DNA of 32,000 nt. Source: an uncultured Gammaproteobacteria bacterium. GTDB lineage: Bacteria > Pseudomonadota > Gammaproteobacteria > Steroidobacterales > Steroidobacteraceae. The notes beneath the pieces were generated by a model. The model saw only the letters and a list, made by a program, of their open reading frames with translations, had not been told where the DNA came from and did no database searches. The stretch is taken from assembly GCA_963695465.1 (NCBI GenBank), contig CAVOGM010000006.1:240878-272877 (forward strand), in the 5' to 3' direction. Positions 1 to 9,110 of the stretch are shown one piece after another. The position numbers and the translations under genes are program-made. The stretch's first letter is position 1. Each line of letters opens with the position of its first letter.

Positions 1-524
1 GACTCCGTCGGCAGGGCGCCCGTGAACAGCTGGGCATAGCGCGACTCGCGTCGCCCGGGCTCGCGGACCAGCCGCGCCAGGAACGGCCCGTCCTCGCGAT
101 TCATCAGCCTGTCCAGCGTTGCCTCCACCTCGCCGACGTCCGCAAACGGGCACATGCGGCTGGCCCGGCCGCGCAGCTCGCCGGGCGTCTGTGGCCCGCG
201 CAGCAGCAGTTCGCAGACGATGGCCAGTTCCTGGGGCGAAAATTTCAGGCTGCCGAAAGCGGTGTTGCAGAAGAGGTGGCGGTACTTCGGGACCCGGCTG
301 CCGAACCCCGACCGGTCCACCGCCAGCGCGCGCCGGGACAGCCCGTCGAGCAGCTGCTGCACCCTGGCCTCGCCCCAGCTCACGACCGGATCGCGGTTCG
401 ACTTCTGGTTGCAGGCGTTGGTCAGCGCGTTGAGCGACAACGGGTACTGGTCGGGTGTCGTGATTTCCTTCTCGATCAGCGCCCCGATCACCCGTGCTTC
501 GTCTGCGGACAGCTCGACTTTCAC
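1..524 (-). CDS. yceH: YceH-like DUF480/UPF0502 family protein; C-terminal end runs off the left window edge
   Basis: Absent from the ORF track because it is open at the window edge. Reverse-strand translation from GTG (524..522, GGAG a few nt upstream) reads [48 protein letters not shown]...[43 protein letters not shown]...[25 protein letters not shown]. This is colinear with my recollection of E. coli YceH ([54 protein letters not shown]). Confidence 0.85.
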   Translation of the reverse strand, partial: MKVELSADEARVIGALIEKEITTPDQYPLSLNALTNACNQKSNRDPVVSWGEARVQQLLDGLSRRALAVDRSGFGSRVPKYRHLFCNTAFGSLKFSPQELAIVCELLLRGPQTPGELRGRASRMCPFADVGEVEATLDRLMNREDGPFLARLVREPGRRESRYAQLFTGALPTE

Positions 525-679
525 GTTTCTCCGGCCTCGCTCATTGCCAGGCGCCATTGTCGCGCAAATCGCGGCCTGGCGTCGGCCGGCCGCCCCGGGG
601 CCGGTTTTTCTGCTCCATGCTGGTGCACGGCGGCAATGCTCCCCCGCGGGGCACCGCCTGCCGCTAAAATCCCCGCTCA

Positions 680-3600
680 ATGAGCACGACGCTTCCCCTG
701 CCCCTGACCCAGGCGCCGGCACAGCCCGAAGCAGCGCCCACCCTGCGCCTGCGCGAGATCCCCTACAACTACACTTCGCTGTCGGATCGCGAGATCGTCA
801 TCCGCCTGCTCGGCGAATCCGCCTGGCTGACCATCGACCAGCTCCGGCACGAACGCCGCACCGGCCGTTCGGCACGGATGCTTTACGAGGTGCTCGGCGA
901 TATCTGGGTGGTCCGCCGCAACCCCTACCTGCAGGACGACCTGCTCGACAACCCCCGGCGCCGTCGCCAGCTGATCGAGGCCTTGCACCACCGGCTCGGC
1001 GACATCGACCGGCGACGCGATGTCACGGATCCGGAACGCGACGTGCTGGTCGCCAACCTGCTCGCCGCCGCGCGCCAGGCGGTTGACGATTTCGAATGCG
1101 ATTGCGACGCGGTCGTGACGCTGCGGGCCCGGGCCCGGCGCCTGCTCGGCCGCCACACGCGCGGCGACAACATCCGCTTCGACGCCTTCGCCCGTGTTTC
1201 GCACGTTACCGACGCCACCGACTGGCGCATCGAGTACCCGTTCGTGGTCCTCACGCCTGACGAGGAAGACGAGATTCCCGGCATCGTCAGGGCCTGCGCG
1301 GAGCTCGGCCTGACCATCATCCCGCGCGGAGGTGGTACGGGCTACACGGGCGGCGCGATTCCGCTGACGCCGCTGTCGGCGGTCGTGAATACCGAAAAGC
1401 TCGAGATGCTGGGCGCGGTCGAACGCCGCGCCCTGCCGGGCGTGGCCGGCGACGTCGGCACCATTTTCTCCGGTGCAGGCGTGGTGACCCGGCGCGTCGC
1501 CGACGCTGCCCAGGCCGCCGGCCTGGTTTTCGCGGTCGACCCGACTTCGGCGGACGCCTCGTGCATCGGCGGCAATATCGCCGTGAATGCCGGCGGCAAG
1601 AAGGCCGTGCTGTGGGGTACGGCCGTCGACAACCTCGCCTGGTGGCGGATGGTGGACCCGGACGGAAACTGGCTGGAAGTCACGCGCATCGCCCACAACC
1701 TCGGCAAGATCCACGAGGCGCCCATGGCGCGCTTCGAACTCACCTGGAAGGACGGCCGGAAGCCCGCGGACGAGGCCCGTGTCATCCGCAGCGAGACGCT
1801 GGAAATCGAGGGAGCGCGCTTCCGCAAGGCAGGGCTGGGCAAGGACGTCACCGACAAGTTTCTCGGCGGCCTGCCTGGCGTGCAGAAAGAAGGCTGCGAC
1901 GGCCTGATCACCTCGGCCCGCTGGGTCCTGCACCGCATGCCCGCCCACGCGCGGACAGTCTGCCTGGAGTTCTTCGGCCAGGCCCGCGAAGCGATCCCGT
2001 CCATCGTCGAGATCAAGAATTACCTCGATGGGGCCGGGCGCGCCTCCGGAGCGATCCTCGCGGGACTCGAGCACCTCGACGAACGCTACCTCAAGGCCAT
2101 CGGCTACACGCCCAGGTCCCGCCGCGGCTCAACCCCGAAGATGGTGCTGCTCGGCGACATCGTCGGCGACGACGAGCAGGCCGTGGCGCGCGCGGCCTCC
2201 GAGGCCATCCGCATCGCCAACCTGCGCGCCGGCGAGGGCTTCGTCGCGGTCAGCGCCGAGGCACGCCGCAAGTTCTGGGCCGACCGCTCGCGCACGGCCG
2301 CCATTTCGCGGCACACCAACGCCTTCAAGCTGAACGAGGACGTGGTGATCCCGCTGCCCCGCCTCGGCGACTACACGGACGCGATCGAGCGCATCAACAT
2401 CGAGCTGTCCACCCGCAACAAGCTGCAGCTGCTGGATGAGCTCGAACTGGCGTTGCTCGGCGAGTTGAAGCTGGCCGCGACCGACGAGCTGGATACGTCG
2501 CTCACCGCGCACGAAGTGCTGGGCGACCGGCCGGCCCAGGCGCTCGAGATCGTGCGCGCCACCCGCCGGCGCTGGTCCTGGCTGCTGGAGAACCTCGACC
2601 TGCAGCTCTCCGCAGGCCCTCGAGCCGCTGCAGTCGTTGCTCTCGGCGCCGCTGGAGGAGGAGCTGGCGCGGCGGGTCGCCGTGACGCCGGGCCTGCGGG
2701 TCTTCGACGTGATGCAGGAGCGCACGGTCCGGACCTCCTGGAAGGCGGAGGTGCGCGCGCCCATCGAGCGTCTGTTCGCGGGTGCCGCATTCGCTTCGAT
2801 CCGGGCGTCGCTGCGCGAGGTCCATGCGCGCGTGCTGAAGGGCCGCCTGTTCGTCGCGCTGCACATGCATGCCGGCGACGGCAACGTGCACACCAACATT
2901 CCGGTCAACTCCGACGACTACGAGATGCTCAACGAGGCCAACCGGACCGTTGAACGCATCATGCGCATCGCGCGCGACCTCGACGGGGCGATCTCCGGCG
3001 AGCACGGCATCGGCATCACCAAGTACGAGTTCCTCAGCCCGGAGGAGACCGCGGAATTCCGTCGCTACAAGGAACGGATCGACCCGGAGGGCCGCTACAA
3101 CAAGGGCAAGCTGCTGCCGGGCGGCGACCTGTCGCGCGCCTACACGCCGAGCTTCAACCTGCTCGGCCACGAGTCGCTGATCATGCGGCAGTCCGACATC
3201 AACTCGATTTCCGATGCGGTGAAGGACTGCCTGCGCTGCGGCAAGTGCAAGCCGGTCTGCGCGACCCACGTGCCGCGCGCCAACCTGCTTTATTCGCCGC
3301 GCAACAAGATCCTGGCCACCTCGCTGCTGGTGGAAGCCTTCCTCTACGAGGAGCAGACGCGCCGCGGCGTATCGATCCGGCACTGGGACGAGTTCGGGGA
3401 CGTCGCCGACCACTGCACCATCTGCCACAAGTGCCTGACCCCCTGCCCCGTCGACATCGACTTCGGCGACGTGTCCATGGTGATGCGCGACCTGCTGCGC
3501 AGGATGGGCAAGCAGCGCTTCAACCCGGCCAAGTCGGCCGCCATGTTCTTCCTCGACACGACCCGTCCGGAGACCATCAAGCTGGCGCGGAAGGTCATGA

Positions 3601-4640
3601 TCGACTGGGGCTACAAGTCGCAGCGGCTGGGCAACCGCTTGCTGTCGACGCTCGCCAGGCGGCAGACCCGGCGGCCGCCCGCAACGACGGGCCGATCGCC
3701 GATCCACGAGCAGGTCGTCCACTTCGTCAACAAGAAGATGCCGGGCGGCCTGCCAAGGCGAACCGCGCGCGCCCTGCTCGACATCGAGGACCGCGACTAC
3801 GTTCCGGTCATCCGCGACCCTGAACGCACCAGCACCGACTCCGAGGCGGTGTTCTATTTTCCCGGCTGCGGCTCCGAGCGGCTTTTTTCCCAGGTGGGCC
3901 TCGCGACCCAGGCCATGCTCTGGCAGGTCGGCGTGCAGACGGTACTGCCGCCAGGCTACCTGTGCTGCGGCTATCCGCAGCGCGGCGCGGGCGAGTTCGA
4001 CCTGGCCGAGAAGATGATCACGGACAACCGGGTGCTGTTCCACCGCGTGGCGAACACCCTCAACTACCTGGATATCAAGACCGTGGTGGTCAGCTGCGGC
4101 ACCTGCCACGACCAGCTGCAGGGCTACAAGTTCGACGAGATCTTCCCGGGCTCGCGGATCGTGGACATCCACGAGTTCCTGATGGAGAAAGGCGTGCGCC
4201 TGGCGGACGTCACCGGCGTCCGCTACATGTACCACGACCCCTGCCACTCGCCGATGAAGAGCCACGACCCGCTGACCGTCGTGAACACGCTGATGAACTC
4301 GGCGGCTAACGGCCAGATCGGCAAGAACGACCGCTGCTGCGGCGAGTCAGGGACGCTGGCCATCGCGCGGCCCGACATCTCGACCCAGGTCCGCTTCCGC
4401 AAGGAGCGCGAGGTCGTGAAGGGTGCCGACGCATTGCGTGCCGACGGCTTCGCCGGCGACGTGAAGATCCTGACGTCCTGCCCGTCCTGCCTGCAGGGCC
4501 TGGCGCGCTATTCCGACGACGCCAGGCTCGACGCGGATTACATCGTCGTCGAGCTCGCCCGGCACGTGCTCGGCGAGGACTGGATGGCCGACTACGTCCG
4601 GCGGGCGAACGCGGGTGGGATTGAGCGGGTGTTGGTGTGA
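680..4640 (+). pseudogene. DUF3683 / FAD-linked oxidase (GlcD-like) / 2x[4Fe-4S] / 2xCCG-domain fusion oxidoreductase (~1320 aa); reading frame broken once as sequenced
   Basis: ORF-track pieces 680..2953 and 2637..4640 are two halves of one protein. N-terminus is [25 protein letters not shown] (DUF3683-like). Then come the FAD-binding motif [16 protein letters not shown] and the oxidase C-terminal motifs [16 protein letters not shown] and SGEHGIGITK. Two ferredoxin-type cluster motifs follow (CLRCGKCKPVC at ~3228..3260, and CTICHKCLTPCP), then CCG motifs (CCGYP, CCGESG). Sensible sequence ends in the first frame at ...[10 protein letters not shown] (~2608) and resumes one base over as [23 protein letters not shown]. 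Confidence 0.85.
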
Positions 4641-4644
4641 AGAG

Positions 4645-4791
4645 AGCGGATAGCGGATAGCGGATGGCGGATAGAAAGAGAGAGTGGGTCGTGAGTCGTA
4701 AACAGGGTGTTCCCTTCTTACAACTCACGACTCACAAATCACGACTCACTGGTCTTCCTCACTATCCGCCATCCGCTATCCGCCATCCGCT
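4645..4791. repeat. 147-bp composite imperfect palindrome built from tandem heptamers; fills the convergent intergenic gap and may act as a bidirectional terminator or REP-like element
   Basis: The left arm AGCGGATAGCGGATAGCGGATGGCGGATAG (4645..4674) consists of four tandem heptamers (AGCGGAT x3, then GGCGGAT) plus a trailing AG. The right arm CTATCCGCCATCCGCTATCCGCCATCCGCT (4762..4791) is its reverse complement at 29 of 30 positions. Inner arms carry GTCGTGAGT (4688..4696) against ACTCACGAC (4723..4731), plus a second CACGACTCAC copy. The centre holds a small AGGG-TGTT-CCCT hairpin. The element starts 5 nt after the + gene stop and ends 3 nt before the - gene stop. Confidence 0.9.
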
Positions 4792-4794
4792 TTC

Positions 4795-6843
4795 CTAGTC
4801 TTCCGACACCTGCGGCTTCCAGGCTTCCTTCAGCTCCTGCAGCGTCCGCGGCGGCACCGGGTCGTAGTGGCTCAGGTCCAGCGTGTAGCTGCCCTCGCCG
4901 CCAGTCAGCGCCTTCAACCGGGTCTGGTAGTCGGTCAGTTCGGCCAGCGGCACGAACGCCGAGACCGTCACCCGGCCGCCGGGCAGGCTGTCGTTGCCGT
5001 TGATGCGGCCCCGCTTGGTCGCCAGGTCGCCCGTGATGTCGCCCATCGACTGCGCGGGCGCCGTGATCTCGACCTTGACGATCGGCTCCAGCACGGTCGG
5101 GCCCGCGTCCTGGACCGCGTGCAGGAACGCCTTCTTGCCGGCGCTGACGAAGGCGACTTCCTTCGAATCGACCGAATGGTACTTGCCGTCGTACACCGTC
5201 ACGCGCAGGTCCTGCAACGGAAACCCGGCCACCGCGCCGTCAGTCAGCACGTGCCTGACGCCTTTCTCGACCGCCGGGATGAACTGGTGCGGGATGGCCC
5301 CGCCCACGACCTTGTTGACGAACTCGAAGCCCGCGCCCCGCTCGAGCGGCTCGATCCTCAGGTAGACCTCGCCGAACTGGCCGGCACCGCCGGTCTGCTT
5401 CTTGTGCCGGTGATGTCCTTCCGCGGGCACGGTGATGGTCTCGCGATAGGGAATGCTGGGTGGGCGCGTCTTGACGTGGACGTTGTAGCGCTCGGTCATC
5501 CGCTCGAGCATGACGCGCAGGTGCAATTCGCCCATGCCATAGAGAACGGTCTCGTTCAACGACGCATGGTGCTCGACCCGTACGCAGGGGTCCTCGGCAA
5601 CGAGCTTGTGCAGCGAGTCGGCCAGGCGCTGCTCCTCGCCGCGGCGTTCCGGCTCGATGGCCAGCCCGAGCATCGGCGGCGGGAACGCTATCGGCTTCAG
5701 GTGGAAGTTGTCCTCGTCGTGCGAGTCGTGCAGCACGGCGTCGAAGTGCAACTCCTCTATCTTGGACACCGCCGCGATGTCCCCGGGTATCGCCTCGGGG
5801 ATTTCCACCGTGTCCTTGCCCTGCAGCCGGTAGAGATGGGCGATCCGGATGGGCTTCCTGGCGTCACCGACAAGAAGCTGGCCGCCCGAACGAACCGTCC
5901 CCTGGTGCACCCGGAAAATACCGAGCTTGCCGACGAACGGATCGATCGCGACCTTGAACACATGGGCGATGGCGTGACGCTCCGGGTCGGGCCTGAGGTC
6001 GACGCGGACCGCATTTGACGCTTCGCCCTTCAGGAACGGCGGCGGGTTGCCCTCGGTGGGGTTCGGCATCAGCTGCGCGAACACCTCCAGCAACTCCTTG
6101 ATGCCGGCCCCGGTTTCGGCCGAGACAAAGCACACGGGAATCAGGTGCCCTTCGCGCAGCGCCTGCTCGAAGGGGTCGTGCAGCTGCTCCGGCTCGAGGT
6201 CCTCACCCTGCTCCAGGTAGAGCGCCATCAGGTCCTCGTCGACCTCGACCACCTGGTCGATGATCTCGGTGTGGGCATCGGCGACCGTCGAAAAATCGGT
6301 GCTCCGTCCGGAAGGCTGGAAGAAAACGTCCTCCACCACCTTGCCGCCCTCAGCGGGCAGGTTCACCGGCAGGCACTCCCTGCCGAAGCGCTCGCGCAGT
6401 TCCTCGAGCACTTCCTCCGGGCGCGCATCCGGCAGATCGATCTTGTTGATGATGACGAGGCGGCACAGCTTCCTGTTTCGCGCGAAATCCATCATGCGCT
6501 GGGTCATCGGCTCGACACCGGCCACGGCACTGACAACCACCGCCGCGGTCTCGACGGCCTCCAGGACGCTCAGTGAGCGGCCGATGAAATCCGGGATACC
6601 CGGCGTGTCGAGCAGGTTGACCTGGGTGCCCGCAGTCTCGAAGTGGCAGACGGCCGAATCGAGCGAGTGCAGCAGTCGCTTTTCCTGTGCATCGAAATCG
6701 CAGACGGTGGAGCCGCGGTCGAGGCTCCCCTTGGCGGGTATTGCGCCGGCGCCGGCCAACAAGGCCTCCGCCAGCAGGGTCTTGCCGCTGCCGGCGTGGC
6801 CGACGAGAGCGATGTTCCGGATGTCCGCGGTGCTATGAGCCAT
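4795..6843 (-). CDS. Elongation factor G paralogue (EF-G2-like translational GTPase), stand-alone
   Basis: Uninterrupted ORF 4795..6894. The likely start is the internal ATG at 6843 (MAHSTADIRNIALVGH..., GGAG ~11 nt upstream). G1 motif is GHAGSGKT (6778..6801), G3 is DTPG, G4 is NKID. Domain IV/V-type motifs are present: HHRHKKQTGGAGQFGEV, VVGGAIPHQFIPAVEKG, GKYHSVDS. No rpsL/rpsG/tuf context. Confidence 0.9.
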   Translation of the reverse strand: MAHSTADIRNIALVGHAGSGKTLLAEALLAGAGAIPAKGSLDRGSTVCDFDAQEKRLLHSLDSAVCHFETAGTQVNLLDTPGIPDFIGRSLSVLEAVETAAVVVSAVAGVEPMTQRMMDFARNRKLCRLVIINKIDLPDARPEEVLEELRERFGRECLPVNLPAEGGKVVEDVFFQPSGRSTDFSTVADAHTEIIDQVVEVDEDLMALYLEQGEDLEPEQLHDPFEQALREGHLIPVCFVSAETGAGIKELLEVFAQLMPNPTEGNPPPFLKGEASNAVRVDLRPDPERHAIAHVFKVAIDPFVGKLGIFRVHQGTVRSGGQLLVGDARKPIRIAHLYRLQGKDTVEIPEAIPGDIAAVSKIEELHFDAVLHDSHDEDNFHLKPIAFPPPMLGLAIEPERRGEEQRLADSLHKLVAEDPCVRVEHHASLNETVLYGMGELHLRVMLERMTERYNVHVKTRPPSIPYRETITVPAEGHHRHKKQTGGAGQFGEVYLRIEPLERGAGFEFVNKVVGGAIPHQFIPAVEKGVRHVLTDGAVAGFPLQDLRVTVYDGKYHSVDSKEVAFVSAGKKAFLHAVQDAGPTVLEPIVKVEITAPAQSMGDITGDLATKRGRINGNDSLPGGRVTVSAFVPLAELTDYQTRLKALTGGEGSYTLDLSHYDPVPPRTLQELKEAWKPQVSED

Positions 6844-7252
6844 GACGGGGGGTACTCCGATGTCGTATCTCATTGATTGCTTGGAGGATAGCACCGTGAC
6901 GGGTTCCGGCGTCGTGGTAGTCCCGAATGGTGCCCCGGCCGCCGAATCGTTCCACCTGTCCGGATCCTGTGCAAATCAAGGAGATAGAGCCGCACTCGTC
7001 AGGATCCGTCCACAGACTGCAGGGCAACGGCGCCGGCCGGCACTCCCCCGCAGACCGCCTCCAGGAGGCCGGTTAGTCGAATATACCTGCAGGGGGACCC
7101 GGCAAGCCTGGCCGGTCCCGCCCGAAGGGGGTTTATTCCTCGATCCGTGGGCACTATCATGCCCGTCCGCACCCCTTTCCCAGGGCCGTCGTTGGCGTCT
7201 GGGCCGCCGTAGCCGGGATGGGGTGAGTGCACGCAAACACGGGGACCTGTAA

Positions 7253-7678
7253 ATGGCAGTTTCAGTAGGCGGCGACAGATCCGACCCGATGGTCGAGCCG
7301 AACGTGATCCCGCTGGTCGACATCATGCTGGTGTTGTTGATCATCTTCATCATCACGATCCCGGTCATGACCCACGCGGTCAAGATCGACCTGCCGCGCA
7401 ATGTGCCGAACCCGCCGAGCGACCAGCCCGAATTCATCGACGTTGCGATCGACTTCGACGGCTCGATCATCTGGAACAACAGCGTCATCGACCGGGACAC
7501 GATGCTGAGCTACGTGGCCGTGGATGCCGCCAAGGATCCGCAGCCCGAAGTGCACCTGCGCGCCAATCCACGCGTGCGCTACGAGTACGTCGCCGACGTG
7601 CTGTTTGCCATGCAGCGTGGGGGCCTGAAGAAGATCGGCTTCCTGACGGGCCAGGGCGAAGCGCCAGCTGCCGAGTGA
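7253..7678 (+). CDS. exbD: ExbD/TolR-family biopolymer transport protein (no exbB/tolQ or tonB partner in the window)
   Basis: 141-aa ORF with N-terminal cytoplasmic tail plus a single TM segment, NVIPLVDIMLVLLIIFIIT, the family hallmark. This is followed by a periplasmic domain (IDLP...VHLRANPRVRYEYVADVLFAMQRGGLKKIGF). GGGGA lies 7 nt upstream of the ATG. Confidence 0.9.
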   Translation: MAVSVGGDRSDPMVEPNVIPLVDIMLVLLIIFIITIPVMTHAVKIDLPRNVPNPPSDQPEFIDVAIDFDGSIIWNNSVIDRDTMLSYVAVDAAKDPQPEVHLRANPRVRYEYVADVLFAMQRGGLKKIGFLTGQGEAPAAE

Positions 7679-7718
7679 ACCGTGAGTCCCCCTTCAGCGG
7701 GGATCGGTTGGAGAAAGA

Positions 7719-7740
7719 GGGTCCCGACGGGACCCTTTTT
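7719..7740. terminator. Rho-independent terminator between convergent exbD and the MFS gene
   Basis: GGGTCCC (7719..7725), loop GAC, GGGACCC (7729..7735), followed by TTTTT (7736..7740). Located 41 nt after the exbD stop. The reverse strand shows the same stem followed by a CT-rich tail. Confidence 0.75.
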
Positions 7741-7783
7741 CGTGTCCGGCAGTCCGGAGCAGTCGCCCGCCCCGGGTGACCGC

Positions 7784-9028
7784 TTACCTCGCCGCGTCCG
7801 CGCCCTCGGACCCGTGACCGAGCAGCTCGCCGCTGGAACTCGTTCCCGGCGGCGTGCCGACGAAAGGCGTCTTCTGCTCTTCCGGCATGGGAGCCCGCCG
7901 GGTCATGCGGTATAGCGCGTAGCCGGCCAGCAACAGGTGCATGGCGGCCAGCAGCGGCAGGAAAGTGTCGCCGCCGGCGACTTCCATGATCGCTGCAACG
8001 ACGATGGGTGCGACGAAGGCGCCGGCACCGTTCAGGAGGATCAAGGTGCTGCTGGCGCCGACCCGCTCCTGCGCCGGCACCTGGTCGTTCACGTGGGCCA
8101 GGCTCAGCGAATAGAGCGTCAGGCTCATGCCACCGTAGACGGCCACCATGAGGAAGAAGCCGGGACGCGAGATGTCCGCGAGCCACCATGCGCCGATCGC
8201 GCCGAGTGCCGCCAGCAGGCAGGCGGTGGCAACCACCTGACGCCTGTCCATCCGGTCTGAAATGCGACCGACCGGCAGCTGGGTGATGCAGGCTGCGAGG
8301 ATGGCCGCAGCCATGAACAGCGACACCTCGAGCGTAGAAAACCCCTTGCCGCCCGTGTAGAGCGCGCCCAGGGAGAACAGGCAGCCGGAGACGGCACCGG
8401 ACAGCGCCACGCCGACGACGCCGAGCGGCGAGCGGCGGAACAGGTCGCGCAGGCGCACCCGCACCGGCACGCTGAACTCCGGCGCCGAGCTTGCCGTGAG
8501 CGCCATCGGCACCATCGCCACCGAGATCAGCACCGACACCAGGATGAAAAGCACCGTGCTGCGCGGATCGGCCAGGTTGAGCAGCAACTGCCCGAGGCCA
8601 AGACCCGCGTAGCAGACGAGCATGTACAGGGACAAGAGCAGGCCCCGGTGTTGGTTATCGACGCGGTCGTTCAGCCAGCTCTCGGCGACCACATAGATGC
8701 CGGCGAAGCAGAACCCCGAGGCGATGCGCAGCAACGTCCAGGGCAGCGGCGCGACGAACACCCCCTGCAACAGGATCAGCACCGAGGCCAGCGACGTCAG
8801 CGCCGCAAAGACCCGGATGTGGCCGACCGAGCTGACCAGCGTGGGCGTTATCAGCGAACCGCCCATGTAGCCGAAGTAATAGGCGGCCAGGACCACGCCA
8901 GCGAGCAGCGTGGGGAAGCCCTCGAGGCTCGCCCGCAAACCGACCAGTGTCCCTTGCAGACCGGCGCCGAGCATCAACAACGCCATGCCGATCAACAGGG
9001 TCCAGGTCGCGGTCAGTGCAGTGCGCAT
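7784..9028 (-). CDS. MFS transporter (YcaD/YfkF-like sugar-phosphate-permease type)
   Basis: Intact 414-aa ORF that is hydrophobic throughout, with about 12 TM-like segments. MFS signature-like loops are DRVDNQHRGLLLS and GRISDRMDRRQV. Confidence 0.85.
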   Translation of the reverse strand: MRTALTATWTLLIGMALLMLGAGLQGTLVGLRASLEGFPTLLAGVVLAAYYFGYMGGSLITPTLVSSVGHIRVFAALTSLASVLILLQGVFVAPLPWTLLRIASGFCFAGIYVVAESWLNDRVDNQHRGLLLSLYMLVCYAGLGLGQLLLNLADPRSTVLFILVSVLISVAMVPMALTASSAPEFSVPVRVRLRDLFRRSPLGVVGVALSGAVSGCLFSLGALYTGGKGFSTLEVSLFMAAAILAACITQLPVGRISDRMDRRQVVATACLLAALGAIGAWWLADISRPGFFLMVAVYGGMSLTLYSLSLAHVNDQVPAQERVGASSTLILLNGAGAFVAPIVVAAIMEVAGGDTFLPLLAAMHLLLAGYALYRMTRRAPMPEEQKTPFVGTPPGTSSSGELLGHGSEGADAAR

Positions 9029-9110
9029 AGGGGTGTCCGGCGGGGGGCCGACTATATCAAGCGTTCCCCGGGGCCGCGCCTGTGGCTACCCGCGGCCCGC
9101 GTCGTGCGGT

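Noticed and set aside
586-609. GC hairpin (CCGGCC ... GGCCGG) followed by TTTTT in the yceH / oxidoreductase divergent gap
   Set aside because: It looks like a small intrinsic terminator on the plus strand, but no plus-strand gene ends upstream of it. The stem is only 6 bp. It could be an attenuator or chance, and I am not claiming it.
119-1086. Plus-strand ORFs 119..433, 154..1086 and 276..683 at the left edge
   Set aside because: They lie antisense to the clearly conserved yceH-like reading frame or across the promoter gap. They are Arg/Pro/Ala-rich with no motif, as expected for shadow ORFs in GC-rich DNA.
677-4265. Long minus-strand ORFs 677..2074 (465 aa) and 2502..4265 (587 aa)
   Set aside because: They are antisense to the FAD/Fe-S oxidoreductase, whose motifs are unambiguous. 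Their composition is low-complexity (Arg/Ala/Gly/Val/Asp) with no recognisable domain.
4645-4674. Tandem AGCGGAT heptamers as a CRISPR or microsatellite locus
   Set aside because: The units are contiguous 7-mers without spacers, and they form one arm of a palindrome. There are no cas genes, so this is not a CRISPR array.
6881-7252. Possible cobalamin (or other) riboswitch in the long exbD / EF-G-like intergenic region
   Set aside because: On the minus strand there is a GGGAA...GGTG...GGCCAGG...GCC string vaguely like B12-element pieces. The conserved CCCCGC-ACTGT core and a proper B12 box are missing, and neither flanking gene is B12-related. I cannot support it without a covariance-model scan.
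9029-9110. Promoter for the MFS gene (TATAGT on the minus strand, 9051..9056)
   Set aside because: There is a reasonable -10 hexamer but no -35 at the proper spacing and no Shine-Dalgarno sequence. The evidence is too weak to list as a feature.
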